Assembly: GCF_006345805.1 (NCBI RefSeq)
Contig: NW_021832531.1
Coordinates: forward strand, 436,256 to 500,255
Direction: 5' to 3'
Length of the DNA: 64,000 nt
From: Octopus sinensis
Taxonomy: Eukaryota
Shown piece after piece: positions 38,170 through 52,829 of the stretch. The notes beneath the pieces were generated by a model. It saw only the letters and a list, made by a program, of their open reading frames with translations, was not told the origin of the DNA and ran no database searches. Made by a program: the position numbers and the translations under genes. The first letter of the stretch is position 1, and the number at the start of each line of letters is the position of its first letter.

Positions 38170-41000
38170 ATTTAATTGAGATTCCGTTTATGCCGTATTT
38201 TACTTCAGGTCAATTTTTCTTCCTCAATTCTCTTAACTAGCTGCCTCCAAGATCCACGGTTCTTTACAACTACTCTGAGCATATCCAAATTATCTTCCAT
38301 TTCCCCTTTTGTTTCACATTGGTCAGGTCCTTTTGTAGGAGGTTTAACGGAACGAGTTGTTCACTCCTAGGCAGAAATAGTTTTCCATTGCTATGCTGGC
38401 AGATGTCATCTGGTTCATCCGAAATATGTGATCAATAGATGCCATTTTGATTCAATGATTTCCAGGCTCAACGCTCTTGCATTACATATTTTGTATAGAT
38501 TTTTGGTTGTTATTTTCTATGCCCAGTTGATTCCATTCAACAGTCGGAGTTGTTTACGATGAAAGAAATCTCGTTTGTTAATTATGGCTTTAATATTTTC
38601 TTGTCTCTATATATAGTCGATATAATCTCCATAAATCACTTTAGTTTAAAGTAGATTGTCAATTAGTAGTCTGAAGTCTTTGAGTGCCGCCTCCAGATAT
38701 GTCACAAAAAGTACCAGTCACAAAGAATCTCCCTGCAGTACCCCGAACGTTGTATCAAATGGGACAGACTCTTCATTAGCAAGACTCAGCTGCGTAATTT
38801 AGAGCAGTGGTTCTCAACGGTGGGCGATTCGCCCCCTAGGGGCGATTTTTTTTGGTAGGGGGGCGATTTTTTCTGCCAGGGGGGCGATGGCTGATTGTTA
38901 ATATTTGAAAAATTAAAATCTTATGTTAGAAGTCGATAATCTTTGAAAAAATAAAGATATATAATCAAGTCTAATAATATTTATTAATAATATGATATTT
39001 TTATTATATTTTATTTAAATTTTTAAGCGTGATTTTTAGTTATCATTATGGGTCGTGTTCAAAAAAAAGTCAGAATGTATAAAGATGAATATATTTCTCT
39101 TGGAAGAAGAGTTATTATTTGCAAAATCTTTAGTCACGGATACTACAGGATTGTCAATATTCAAAATGTTTGAATCTTATTTATTCTTAAATGATATTCC
39201 ATTTGAACATATTTTATCGTGCGCAACTGATGGCGCAATGGCTATGGTTGGAAAATATCGTGGTTTTTTAGCTTTTCTAAAACAAAAATCTCCAATGTCC
39301 ACTTCAATTCATTGTATTTTACTTTGGCATCATTTAATTGCAAAAAATTATCTGAAGAATTGAATGCATCAATGCAAACAAACTAAATATAGAAGAAAGA
39401 GGCGACATTAGAATTACACTTACGAAAAGAAGTACAAATTTTGAAAAACTTGTCAATCTTCATCAACCACAAGGATCTCATTAAAACTCTTATTTTCTAA
39501 ATAAAAATTTTTACTAATGAAATAAGGGGGCGATATAAAAATTGGAGGGGCGAAAAAAATTCCAAGGGGGCGATACAAAAATAAAGGTTGAGAACCACTG
39601 ATTTAGAGTAATAAACGGAGCATTCTGACAAAGTCCTCGTTACTTAAATTCTCCAAGATATTGAGAAGTCTCCCTCTGGGTATAGAGTCAAATGCCTTAG
39701 ACATATCAATGTCAAAAATGCCAGTACCACCCTTGTTCTTTTGATGTATTGCACAAAGCTATCAACGTCCCCATACCACATCAGCTGTAGATGCCCCTGG
39801 CCTGCATCCGCTTTGACCGTGAGAGAGGAAGTTCACAATGTCAGGTCAAATCCTATTCAATACTATATGTGATAGTGTCTTGCAGGGAGTTGTAAATAAT
39901 CTTAAACTTGTTAAGGTTTTTTAGTGTGCCATTGCCCACGTCTAGTGTTGAGTTGTGCTTGAATGTTTTGTTGTATATCTCGGTTAATAACTCGGAGATC
40001 TCGTATTTGAGAAGTTTTGCATTTATGTTGTCAGGGCCGGCAGCTCTATGGTTGTTTAATTCGTCAAGACCTTTCTTTGTTTCCAGAATCGTTATCGAAA
40101 TATTTAATTCTCGTACTTCACCATAGAATTGTTTGTCTTTGTTTTGTTGAAGGCCAGCTGATAATGGCGGCCGATAAGATTTCGTGTTTGTTTAGCATAG
40201 TCTTACAAAAATGATCGTGTATTGTGATTTTTAATGGCTGCGTGCCTCCATGTAGTAGATGAACAGCTTTGAACATTTGAGTGCCATTTTTGAACCTTTC
40301 TACTTCTTTAGCCATTCTTACAAGTTTATTTTCCTTTATTTCCCTGGTTCTTTTCTTTATTTTATACAGGGTTTGATTCCGCGTGACTCTTAGATTGTGT
40401 TCCTTTGCCTGGTACTGAGAAGTTGCAACCTTCAAATGTGGATAGTTTTTTTAAGCTTGTGGTTATAGTAACGTTGAAATGTTTTAGTTTTACTCTGTGA
40501 ATGTGCTGCACAGTATTGCATCGATAGTGTCTTGTCAATCATTTCTCTCAATGTATTTCGATAGCTTTCCGAGTCGTCCGTCAATGGAGAGTTGCTCCAA
40601 TGCGAATCTCTTTTCCGATACCTTCCTGCTAGTAGCTTTAGAAACGCCAAAATATCTTTTGAAAAGAAAACGTGCCACAACCAATCTGTGATCACTGTCC
40701 ACTAATGTCCCACTGTAGCTTCGAGAATCTGTTATTGGTGCCTTGTATTTTTGTTTGAAGATAATGTAGTCTATTTAGTTGAATATAGACTTGATATTTC
40801 CAGATTTGCCTTTCTACAGCAGCTCCATGTCTTGCTAAGTGTTTAAAAGTAGTATTGCATAGAAATAGTTTGAAGTGATTTTCCTGATCAATTCCCGATC
40901 CCTCTTCCATGACTTCCCATGAATTCTTCGTGGCAACTCTCATGTTCTGCCTCTGTGTTCCAGTCTCCGGGAATGTATATCATGAACGATGTTTCAAAGA
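38170..41000 (-). mobile_element. Degraded RTE retrotransposon (EN-RT), split by a hAT element
   Basis: QSGCRPGASTADVVWG, IDMSKAFD and GVLQGDSL..LFVTYLEAAL fragments. Endonuclease-like LFLCNTTFKH upstream. Confidence 0.7.
38805..39600 (+). mobile_element. hAT (Buster/Charlie-like) non-autonomous element
   Basis: TIR cagtggttctcaac / gttgagaaccactg. 8-bp TSD atttagag. TDGAMAMVG..HC..H transposase piece. Confidence 0.92.
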
Positions 41001-41559
41001 TTAATATACTTGTTCTTTTTATTCTATTTTAAGTGTATGACACATATTCTATCACTCACTCTCCACGTCTTGTGGATTCGATTGTTCAGTTTTTGTATAT
41101 TGAAAATCCCATGCTGTAGTTTGGACAATTCGAAGGGTTTAGAATCAGATTTATAATCCTACACGTGTGAAAAGCAAGGTAATCATCTGAACAATCATAT
41201 TTTAGCCCCTCTGTGATGGGCAAAAACCCATAGAGAATCCAGATCATCTTTGTTTTGTAAGTTCTTACCAACAGAGTTGAGATCCTTCCCAGAACTCCCG
41301 GGAAGATAAATTTCGGCCGTCCACGATATTCTTACCATACACTATGAAGTATTCGTACATTGCGAGATTAACGGAGGTGGCTGGGCTCAGTGGTCTGCCA
41401 CAATTTCTGCAGACAGCGGTCTAGCGTTATAGTGTTTGTAGAACGACTGATTATTGATTTTAGGTGGCCAGTGAAGTCAGTGAAAGGAATCTATAGTCTT
41501 CCGTTCAGTATTCGAGATTCCTCTCCCAATGTCAAAGAATTATAAAATAGAACAGGTTT

Positions 41560-42950
41560 CACATAGACGTGGTAAAGCATTGATATGAGTTAGCGATTAG
41601 CAGGCCGGGTTTGGAGCCAAGTTTTCCATATTTTGCTCTAACTATCTGCGGGTAGTGTTTCCACCGTCTCCTAGCAAAAAGGCGAGTTCATATCCCTTCA
41701 AGTTTCACAAACTTTGGCGTCCATGCGTTTTATCTCAGTGAATTCGATTTTAGAAATGTTGATTATGAGAAACAACTTATTAAGTGTCCTTAAAGAATAG
41801 TTTAGAAGATCGATTAGGAAAGTGATCGATTAGATTGTTGTCAGAAACAAAGTGAACATCGTCAGCATAGACAATTTCGCTGATAGAACCATCGTAGAAA
41901 GATCTCAAATATTTCAAACGTGTTTCCAAATAGACGATAAACGTCAGAGGCAAGAGAAAATTTCTAAAGGCATGCCGACATTCGTTTCAAACCGCCTTGA
42001 GAGAGACGATCCAACATTGACAGATAATTCTGTCTTAGTAGGCAGTAACCGTATCATTCTGACTTCATCCTCAGTCAGGAAACTCTGTAGGACCCCGATA
42101 AATAAATCACAGCGTACACAGTCAAAGGCTTTCGACATGTCAATATCGAGGATGGTCGTGATTCTTTTAAATTTCTGCTGAATAGCGCATCGCCATCTGT
42201 GACTCCAGAAAAAATTCGCAGTAAATCCGCTCTGACTCAAATTCATTAACACTCTCGTTTGTGCGACTCAATACAACTGGCAACTCAAAAGTATGAAGAG
42301 GCAGAGATTTTTAAACGGGCTGAAGATTTTGTTGGCTTTTTATATAGAGATGAGTATGCCTGACCCTAGCAGAGATGGGTCGTGGGTAGTAAACATGCCT
42401 CAATTTTGTCCATAATCGACTTTAAACCGTACTTCATCAGCTCTAATTTGGTCCAGCAGGCCGACAGTTCTTGAGTTTGCTAGCAGCTCGGGCAACCTCC
42501 TCCACTGTGATGGCCCTGTCGAAATGTACGGCTGTGCTAGTAAAAGGAGGAATATCGTCGGTGGTTAACTTGAATTGATTTTCAAAATAATCAGCTATTA
42601 GTTCGGCTAGAATAGTGGGGTCGTGAATAATTGTTCCTGTGTTATCAATGATTTTAAGTTTACTGTAGTTTCCTCTTTTAGATAGTCGTATGACCTGAAA
42701 CATTTGTGCGCCGACCCCGAGTTCTTCAATTTACATTACAAAAGACTTCAGGGTGTACAGACCGTGCTTCTTGATGTGTCTTTTTATTCTGGCAAGTTCA
42801 TTCTCAAGTTGAGATTTGTTGCTATGATCGTTTTTATTTTCAATTCTGAGTTTGATATTTTTTTGCTTAATGATAAGTGCATACACATCTGGATAACTAT
42901 CCCAAATGGGTTTTATTTGTCCGCTTTTCAATATGTTTGCCAACAGCTAT
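41560..42950 (-). mobile_element. Degraded RTE retrotransposon
   Basis: LDIDMSKAFD, YADD-like and KLKN.R.AGP fragments. Confidence 0.65.
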
Positions 42951-43209
42951 ATCATTTAGCTGCCTATATGTATTCCTTTCAGAATAAACTCTCATATGTC
43001 ATTTGGGAAAAAGCCAGTTATCTATAGAGTGCTGGTAAGTTGCCCGAGACTGAGGTGAATAAAACACATTTTCCGTAAAACATCTTTTCCTAGCAGCGAA
43101 TGGGATTTGGTAACTTAATGTATAAAAATATTTTTAGTTAAATAAAATTCTGTGATTTATTACAATTTAAAATATAATTTAAATTGTTGTATAACACGTT
43201 TAATTCCTG

Positions 43210-43997
43210 ATGAGGTTGTTTTGTTTTCTTGACATTAAAAAAAATTATCTTATTAAATTTTTTAAATTAATTTAGCAAAATAAATTTGAACAACTTGAAA
43301 TCAAAAGTGAACAAGGTACTTGAAAAGTCCGAGGAAAAAAAGCGAAACTTCTTGGAGACCATTGAACTTCAAGTCCTGCTCAAAGGATATGACACAACGA
43401 GGGATAAGAGATTCTCTGGAGTTGTAAGGTACATACAAGGTATTTATTCCTTCAGACTTCGACACGTTCCAAGGCCGAAGCTACGAGTTTGTGTAATCGG
43501 GGACGAGGAGCACATTAAACAGGCGAAGGAACTCGGGATTGATGGCGTGAACATAAACCAAACAAGTCTCCTCGCTCAAAATCCTAGGGAGAAAAAAAAA
43601 TTTGGTTTAAAATTAAAAATAATTTAAGTCAAAAAATATTCTGGATTTATTGTCACTCAAGATTTGATGAGAACAGTGACTCGTCATCTTGGTCCTACTC
43701 CTTCGAGGTACGGCAGGTTGGTGTTTGCCATAAACCCGAATGAGACGGTTATTTCTCGAGTTAATGATCTGAGGGCCTCGATAAAGTTTCAGTTGAAAAA
43801 AGTTTGTTTTTTTTGTTTATTGTAAGGTCAAAGTATTGAATACTGCAGTTGCCAATATTGGTATGAGTGAGAAAGACATTTGTGAGAATATTATCATGGC
43901 CACTAATTTTCTTGTATCACTTACAAAGAAGCAGTGGCAAAATGTGGGCGCTCTCTATATTAAATCAACTATGGGTCCTTCCCAGAAAATATATTAA
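43210..43997 (+). CDS. RPL10A: 60S ribosomal protein L10a (uL1), divergent
   Basis: KRNFLETIELQVLLKGYD..RDKRFSG, PRPKLRVCVIGD, IKFQLKK and NFLVSLTKKQWQNVGALYIKSTMGP. Four introns. Confidence 0.93.
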
Positions 43998-44419
43998 TTC
44001 ATTTTGGCTTTACTCTTTTGATTTTTTGACCTAAATTTTTTAATTGTCTCTTGTAGTAATTTATATTTGCAAGACTTTTCATTTCTAGGTATTTTAACGT
44101 TTATTGTTTTAACGTGTCTAAAACCTTACTTATGTATACTCGCAGGATATGAAAGGATCGTTTTTACTTATGAAATAATGCAATTATTTATCGATGGCTC
44201 CAGACAGCATCAGCCGTCGATCTTCTGACCGCAAGGAGTAGACTGATTTTTATATACGGGCTTGGATAATAGTTGACATAGTTTTCTCTTAAAGTGGTAA
44301 TCAATAGTATTGGTCACAAGTTTCCAGACCGGCCTCGTAGTTTTCTGGTTTTTAAATGGGTATTAATACTCCTTTCCCGATTTTTTTGTTTAATATTTGT
44401 ACGAGTAGATTCTCTAGGC

Positions 44420-44968
44420 CAGCGGTTCTCAAATGCGGCCCCCGGGGCCGCATGTGGCCTCCAGGATTTTTTTTGCGGCCCCTCTAGAGTAACTAACTTT
44501 TTTAATTTTTTAATAATGTTTAAATTTAATTATTCATTCTTAAGGTTAAACATATCCATAATTGGTGATTTCATTAATCAATTTGAAGCACGTTTTGGGG
44601 TACATTATAAATTTAATTTTTAGAATTTTAAAGAATTCCTTCCTTTAATGAGAATATTCTCAACTCCATTCAGCGTGGAAATTAAGGATGCGCCTGCAAA
44701 GTTTCAACTAGAACTCATTAATTTACAACATGATATAGAACTGGCGGCATTGTTCAAAAATGCGTCCATTATTAATTTTTACGAATTAATTCCTCAAGAC
44801 AAATTCAAAAATATAACACACAATGCATATATGAATCTACATATTTATGCGAATCAATATTTAGTAAAATGGAAAATATAAAAATATATAAAATATTTTT
44901 TGTGCGGCCCGCGAAGCTAATCTTAATTATCGATTTGGCCCTTGAGCTAAAAAGGTTGAGAACCCCTG
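44420..44968 (+). mobile_element. hAT (SPIN/GTF2IRD2-like) non-autonomous element
   Basis: TIR cagcggttctcaaa / ttgagaacccctg. TSD ctctaggc. FSTPFSVEI..AP..FQLELINLQ. Confidence 0.88.
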
Positions 44969-45103
44969 CTCTAGGCTATTGGGGGCATATTTGAGTAATC
45001 CCGTCGCATCCTGCAGTTCTGTTGTTATTCATTCTTTGAAATTTTTTTTAAGAAGAGAAGAAAATATGAAAAAGTTAACACGAGTTTATAAAGAGCCTGG
45101 AGG

Positions 45104-45275
45104 TCAGCTCAAAGTCGCCGCACTGCGTATCGAGTGGCAGTTTCCGCGGAGCACCGCGACCGAGATTCGCTGGAAGAGCCAGCTCGTCTCCCTCCGGTCG
45201 TTGGTCTTCCTGGCAATGTCGGCAAGAAGGCGAGTCGCAGACCTGCCGACGATTCTAGATGTTTCGAAGGCGAGG
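45104..45275 (-). mobile_element. CRE-clade 3' fragment next to an RTE fragment
   Basis: WLFQRISVAVLRGN motif. Confidence 0.7.
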
Positions 45276-47256
45276 TCCAAAATATCAAAATGTGTTGTTT
45301 CATTTAACAGGCTCCATGGATGTCCGATATATGGGGATATATAGATGTCATCTGTTTGGAAATGTTTCTGGAAGTGGTCAGCAATTCCCGAGGCTTCATC
45401 CCCATCATTGAGTATTAAGTGTTCTGGTTCGTCCATGTCGATATTTTCGAGTTTTGAAAACCCGGTTAAGCATCTGAACATTTAACTTCCAGGTGAGAGC
45501 TTTTTAATTTCTGGGACTTTCTCGTCTAGGTAGTTAGTTCATAATAAGGGTCCTGGGCTTTTATTTCATGAGGGATTCTGTCGTCTTGGTTTTTTTTATA
45601 GCTAGTCCAAGTCGTCTTATATCTGTCCAGATGTTAGAAAGTTTTATTACAGAGATAGAGGTTGAATGCCAGACAGAAGCCAATTAGAGACTCATTGGAT
45701 GAATTTACCGTGCCTTCTGATGCATAATTTTTGGTTTTTTTTAATGCATGCTTTGGCATTTTACTCTCGAGCCAGAAACACGATTGTTGTTTTTTACACT
45801 TTGGAAAGGCTCGCATAAAATTCGTCAAACTCATCGGAGGTACCTAATATTCTACCCGTATAGGGTACATAAATGTTGATAACAGTTAACAATTTACTCT
45901 ATTATCTATGAATTTGGAATTACAGGGAAAAATCAACTCATAACTCATTTGTCAGATTATATCAGGTGTTTTATTTTGAAAATAAATTTATGAAAGTTTC
46001 AGTTATTAAATATAGATTTCGCTTGTTTTTCTACTTGTAAAAAGCTGAAGTACTCTTCAACTTGTATACATAGTATAATGAATTTCTGAAGTATGAAAGA
46101 AAACTGGATTTGTAGATAAAAGAATTTCAGAAAGAATTCAATGATTTTTCGTATTTTGAAAGTGGATTTTTATTATTCACACCACCAATCGCTTCCGATG
46201 CTTCCAAAGACTCGCGACTGCTTCTGGGAACTGAGCATGTCAATTCTAATTTCTCGTAATAAGAAAACACCTACTTGCAGTATGCTTGGACATAAGGGGC
46301 CGCGTAGAGTATTAGTTGAATTTTTAAATTAAACATATTTGAAGTAGGAAAGTTTTTCAATGGCCAGTTCTTTAAAGATATGGAATTAATTAAAATATCC
46401 GCTCCTGAATCAATCGCCACAACTGCCGAATGTAAAAAAATGCGAAGTACTCTTCACTTGTGGAGAAGTACCAATTTTTTCCATTCGTAGTTGAGACGTC
46501 GGGTTCTTTGTGCGAGAGGCAATCAGTTTCGTTCAGGAGATCGGGTCCCGGATGTCGACACTCACAAGCGACATCCACGAATCGAGATGGTTTTTTGTGC
46601 GGATATCCCTCGCAATAGTACGCTCGAACTCTTTCTAGATCGTTTAAAGGTGGTGGTTTCAATGTCGTCAAGCTTCTGGGCTCTCCGTTAGATGGCCAAG
46701 CAGCTAATTGGTCGAAATGCAACTATTATCTATTCTAATTTTACTTCTAGAAGATTTGAAAAACGTGAAGAGATACGACCGATGTAAAACTAACCATAGA
46801 AAACCGTAGAGAAGCCAAGTCTTTAATTAGATTTGGTTTTAAGGTTGGATTCTCAAAAATCACGGCGGAATGGTTTAGAAGGCCAGAGATTCAATACTAT
46901 TGTTGCCAACTATTCGGACACATTGCGCACTTATGTGGAAATAAAGAAAGATTTCTATTATGTTCGGGAACCCACCGAAGATCAGAATGTAAATCTGATG
47001 GGAAGAACAGAAATAAGTACATTAACAGACAATACAGCAACCAAAATTAAAATGGACAGTATTTTGTTCCGAAGTAAAGAACGTAACCAGGATAGTTCGT
47101 ATGAAAGATCTAAACCCAGAAAGATCGGCATAAATAATAAAGATCTATTTAAACTAATGAGAATGTATGGAATATCACTCCGGAAAATATAAAAATTGAT
47201 ACTGGAGTACAGACCGAGCGACTCTCATTGTCCTCTGTTGGCGACTTTTCCCAGAC

Positions 47257-47690
47257 CTAATCGAGTTCTAAGTTAAATCTAGGAATACCACGATATCTTT
47301 GGAATGAATAACGTCTAGAAAATAAAAATTGCAATCTACATATGAATGAATGAGTTCTTTGATTGTACAAAACACAGCCTTTCGAATGTGTTTTCATCCA
47401 CTTTATTGTGTCATCCGAAGCCATCAATTCGTATAAAATCATAGTAATTGTCTTATTAAATCGTTCAACTATCTTAGGATTTTTCGGTCTTCCACGAATT
47501 TGAATTCTGTCCCGTTATCAGACTAGAAATATCTGAAAGGGTCATGATCCATGAAAATGCTGTTTAATTTTTCAGCGACGTCAATTACACTTTCATTTCT
47601 AAGATTCCTTGTGGTGGCATATTCCGAATAGACGTCAATAACGGTTAACACCAAAGAAAATTGATCATTGTCATTTACAAACCATGGAAA
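47257..47690 (-). mobile_element. Integrase-core (Ginger-like) remnant
   Basis: LTVIDVYSEYA, LV.DNG.EF and GCVE-like motifs; frameshifted. Confidence 0.55.
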
Positions 47691-48053
47691 AACACAATTT
47701 TATACCTTTTATGTCAATTGTCTTTGGAATATGCTTAAAAATCTATTAGCTGATTGTTATCGTGATTATATTTTCTTGTTTATCATTAAAAATTTGAGTT
47801 TTTCCATTAAGAGTAATGCGAGTATAGCGTACACGAGAGGATTTGAAAGACATAGTTCGACTCTCAAAGTCGAGAATTTGTTCTTGAAGTTTAAAGAGCA
47901 TCGGGTTTAACACAAACTTGTTCAAGAAAATTTTTTCCTAAATTTTGTTTAATTAAATTAAAAAATAATTTAATTTTATTTAAGTAATATTTTATTTAAA
48001 TAATTTAACTAAAAAATAAAATTAACGTGATCAAGTAGCTGTAACATATTCAC

Positions 48054-49760
48054 ATGGAACAACCTCTATATTATGCATACTCCGACAGTAAATTTACAGA
48101 ATTGATTTTTAGACGAATTCACCGAAACCGACGAGGAAGAATATGTCCAAGAACAAGTACTCTTATAGAATATAACACTCAAACAGACAAAAAATCAGCC
48201 AAACTCTCAATCGAGATCCGCAGTCCATCACTATCAGCCTATTAAAGGTCTATTAAAAAGTCTCAGTTCAGGTTTTTTATTTTTTTAACCCAAGACACGT
48301 TTAACTGCATAAACAAAATAATCGACAAAGATTGTCTTACTGCAGGGGACATTGACAAAAAGTAAATGAAGTTATCCTACATAGAAATACCCTTCGAGAA
48401 AAGTCACAAAGGTCAACGGCCGAACAAGTTCTCGACCAACGAACCCTCCTTATTCTCTACCGACTTGTAAGGAGAAAAGTCCTTACCAAAATCAACGGAT
48501 GTGTGAACACAGGAAAAGAGGCAAATGTCTATCACGGAATTAGCGAAACCGGGGAATTGGCCGTGAAAGTGATTTTTTCTTGAAAATTTTTTTAGGTATT
48601 TAAAACGTCGATTTTGGTCTTCAAAGACCGTCAACGATATTTGGAGGGAGAACACCGATTCAGAAACCGATTTCGGGGAAATTCACGGAAGAGTATCCTC
48701 ATTTGGGCAGAAAAGGAGTTCGGGAATCTCAACCGGTGATTCTACGGAATAACCCCGCAGATTATACAAGGCTGGGATTCCGTGTCCTCAGCCATTTTTT
48801 ATAAAAGAACATGTGATTGTGATGTCCTTTGTAGGGAGGGAAGGATGGTGAATTAATGAGCTTTAATCTCTAGGCCAGCACCTCTTTTGAAGGAAGTTAA
48901 GTTGTCCTTGTCCTCGGCATGTCGTCTCTACGTTCAATGTGTGCTTATGATGAGGAGAATGTACCACGACTGTCACCTCGTCCATGGGGATTTGAGTGAA
49001 TTCAACCTCATGTTTGTGTCCTTCCTGATTGGTTAGGATGTTGGGGGATCAGCTTTTTATTATTGACGTGGCACAATCTGTGGAACATGACCACCCCAAT
49101 GCTCTCCACTTTTTGAGATCAGATTGTAAAAATGTTACTGGTTTGTTACTTTATTATTTTTTTAGCATTTTTCCGTCGGAATGGGGTGCCGACGATGGGA
49201 ATAAGGCGGTTGTTTGACTTTGTTGTCGATTTGAGTCTTGGAGTGGTGGATGAATCATTTGTGGAGGAGATTATGGAGGGATGTGCGGAAGATGAGACTG
49301 TTCACGATGAGAGGGAAGAAGTGTTTATGAATTCCTTCATTCCTCGGACTCTTGATCAACTCAAGGACGCCGAACGTGCATTTGAGTTGAGGCAGAGAGG
49401 GGAATTAGATGGGGTAGTATTTTTTGGTATTTTTAGCTTATCAACAATAACGTGGTTGGACTCAACCAGGACTTTTGTGGGGCAGATGTGGGCGAGGAAT
49501 CAGAAAACGGGAGAAGTGGGGATTCTGGGGAGTCGGAAAGTTTGGAAGAGGGAGAATTCGTAGAAAGGAAGGAAAAAAGAGATGACAATTCTGTGAGGTT
49601 ACGGGACATGTCTCCCAATAGTCGCAAAGTTGATTGGTTATTATTTTTTAAGAGTCATAAAAAAGAAATAAAAGAACAGAATCGACTCCGGAGGCAAGAA
49701 AAGACCCCCAAGCACATAAAGAAGAGGGAGCATATTTTATCGATGAGACTTCGTAAATGA
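48054..49760 (+). CDS. RIOK1: Serine/threonine kinase RIO1
   Basis: [84 protein letters not shown] and a basic C-terminus KTPKHIKK. About 11 mini-introns. Confidence 0.93.
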
Positions 49761-50469
49761 TTTTTACACTTTGTAATCATTTAATAACATTATTCTTTAT
49801 TGACTGCATTTTTCTTTTCAATTCCAAGTATTTGCGCGGATTACTCTAGTTGGCTCTATTTTTGTTGGAGTGTCTATCGATGGTAAATTCATGAGCTTTA
49901 TTGTCACAACTGAGATTTTGTTTGTTGCAACTGACAGTATTTCAGTGTAAAATTAGCATTTAATTGCAAGGTTATACATGTCAGCATATCGTGCTGCTTT
50001 GAAAATTACATTTATTTGATGAGTATATGTTATACTCTTTATTAGGATGATATATTTATAGGCTCGATCACACGGGGAAAGGAACTTTTTTAGGGAGGGA
50101 TAGATAGATTTCCTTTTTAAAAATATGAGCTCGGGCTTATAATATAGAGAACACGGTAATTTATTTTATTTTCATTACCTTTGCAAATTTAAGAGATATT
50201 TCCGACTCAATGTCAGGAAATAAATTTAATAATATCGAAATAAAATTATTACTAACTTGCCAATTATTTTTGGAAAATTTCCTAACTGAAAAATCTGAAA
50301 TTCTTATATTTATTGATTATTCCATAATTTGAAGTATTAATCTACGTCAAAACACTCATTATGTTGTGAGATTGAGCTAAGTGTTTTTATTATACAATTC
50401 TTTGATCATTCACTGTTGTGAAAATTCATTTAAATTCTACTTTTTCTGATAAACAGAATATTTCTGTCT

Positions 50470-51010
50470 GTCTTTATCTTATTTATAGGGCTTGACTTAT
50501 GTTGGATTTTATCCTTCCAAACAAAAGAACCTCTGTGTATAGAATCAAACGCCCGAGACATATTAATGCCTAGTATTGCGATAGATTTTTCGTATTTTTG
50601 GCATAGAGCGCAGTACCATCTGTGCCTCCAAACTATATTAGCAGTAGACCTGCCTGTACAAAAACCACTTTGGCCAGGGGATAGGAATTTGTTAGCTTTT
50701 TATCCGGTGTAATGGGATGAGGGATAATGTTTTACGTATGGAAGTTAGTAGAATTATTGGTCTAAAGTTGCAAACGGGGTCTTTAGCTTTCCCGGGTTAA
50801 TGTAATGGGATTAGCCATCCTTTTCCGAGAGCCAACGGATTATCTTCCTGAAGAATAAGATTAAAAACATCGGTGATTATTTTAGCTAGCTCCACTGGTG
50901 CGTGTTTTAAAAGTTCTGTCGGGATATTGTCTGGTCCTGCGGATCTTCCGGTGTTCAACTTTTTAATATCTTGCAGAATTTCCGAGAGACTTATCGGGTT
51001 TGTTAAGTGG
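50470..51010 (-). mobile_element. Degraded RTE retrotransposon; its upstream part probably lies at 52832-53110
   Basis: GPDNIPTELLK, RPIILL, QSGF..GRSTA and LGINMSRAFD. Confidence 0.65.
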
Positions 51011-51090
51011 AATTGTCAGGTTTTAAAATTCAGTGTTGATCAGTTTTAGTATACATATTGAATAGGGAATCAAAGTGCGAAGCTAGAATA

Positions 51091-52829
51091 CAGTCCGACC
51101 CCAAAATGGGGCAGACCCCAGGGGTGGGGCACCCTCGGATTTTGGGGCACCCCCGCAATTTGGGGCACTTTATTCCAAAAGTACATTTTGGCAGAAAAAA
51201 AATAAAAATCGATAAAAAATTATGGAATTTTTGGGGCACCATAAAATCATTTATAAGGAATTAAAAATAAAATAAAATTATAATAAATTAATTATTTTTT
51301 GTTTTATTTTCAATTTATATTTTTATTGTTGTGGTTATGGATTACGAAACTAAATTGAAGATTGCTAAAGAAATTTTGAAGAAAAATTTATCTGAGAGGC
51401 AACTAATGAAAAAGTACAACACAAGTAAAGGAACAATATCAAGAATAAAACGAAATATTGTACCTTTCTTGCAACACGGCAATACTATTTCTGAGGAATA
51501 TGACACATTTAAAGCCGATAAAGATAAATTTGATGATCAAGTCTTTGAAATATTTCAAAGACTACGCGTAGATAAAATTCCGATTTCAGGCCCTATTTTG
51601 AAAAAAATTGCCTTAGTTACAGCTTCAAAAATTGGATTTACTTCTTTTAAAGCTTCCAATGGGTGGCTTGATAGATTTAAATTGCGGCATGAACTTCAAT
51701 TCAAGTCAATATGTGGTGAAAAAGCTTCATGTGATTTATCTTATGTGAAAAATTATTTTGAAAAATATGACCAGAAAGTATTAAATATGGACCTGAGAAT
51801 ATATTTAATTGTGATGAAACTGCGCTTTTTATAAAAAGAACTCCTCAAAAATCATTTGTTGAACAAGGCGAACCGTGTTTTGGTTATAAACAAGGGAAAG
51901 AAAGACTCACTGTTCTTCTATGCTGCAGTTTAATCGGGGAAAAACTTAATCCATTGATTATTGGAAAATATAAAAACCTCGGTGTCTAAAAAATTTTGAT
52001 GTTCAAGATTTTGGGTTATTGTATTCATCTTCTCAAAATGCATGGATGACTGGAAAGACTTTTATGAGTTGGCTTACACTTATAAATGAATCGTTTTGCA
52101 AAAACAACAGAAAAATATTATTAATACTTGACAATGCGGGATGCCATAAAACTGCCGAATGTTCGAACATCGAATTTTTATTTTTGCCGAAAAATACAAC
52201 GCCCTATTTACAACCTTTGGATATGGGAATAATCAAGATTTTTAAAGATTATTATTCCTCTTTCTTAATGGAATTTTTATGTTTTCAAGATTTCGAAAAC
52301 GATTTTACACATTCTATTGGTAAATTAAATTTGCGTCAGGTTATGATGCTAATTTCAAAAGGATGGGAGAAAATAGATGCTAAAAGTATTGTTAATTGTT
52401 GGAAGAAAATCGACAGGAACCGTGATTCTTATGCAACAAAAAACTGTCTAACAGATGAACATTTAGATCAAGTTTAACGAAACAATTGATGGAAGAATGC
52501 GAAGACATGAACAATAATGTTTATGATACATATTCAGAAACCGAAAATAGTGAAAAGTCGTAGCAAAAACAAAAGATCTGCTTAACAATTTAGAAGAAAA
52601 AATTTCTAATGTTGCACCAAGTATGCTCCGAGATTTTTTTGATTTTCGGCTGAAATTGACGAACAATATCAGACAAAACTCTACAAATAAAAAGAAAATA
52701 ACTGAATATTTTAGTAAAAATGTTTTTGATGTTTATTAATGGTTTAATTTTTAAAAAAATAACAAACCCCTGTTTTTGGGGCACCCCCGCATTTTGGGGC
52801 ACTTGGTGCCCCATTTGGGGGTCGGACTG
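51091..52829 (+). mobile_element. Near full-length pogo/Tigger transposon (frameshifted transposase)
   Basis: TIR cagtccgacccc / gggggtcggactg with TA TSD. CENP-B HTH (FKASNGWLDRFK), FNCDET, NAWMT, LILDNAGCH and LQPLDMGII. Confidence 0.93.

Noticed and set aside
41290-41420. Possible HDV-like ribozyme or snRNA upstream of an RTE element
   Set aside because: A hairpin is present, but I could not build the nested double pseudoknot or match a known snRNA. An Infernal search would be needed.
46390-47192. ORFs of 110-119 aa with no recognised motifs
   Set aside because: An alternative frame shows LINE-like WKKLVLLHK, and there is no spliceable gene model, so this is probably TE debris.
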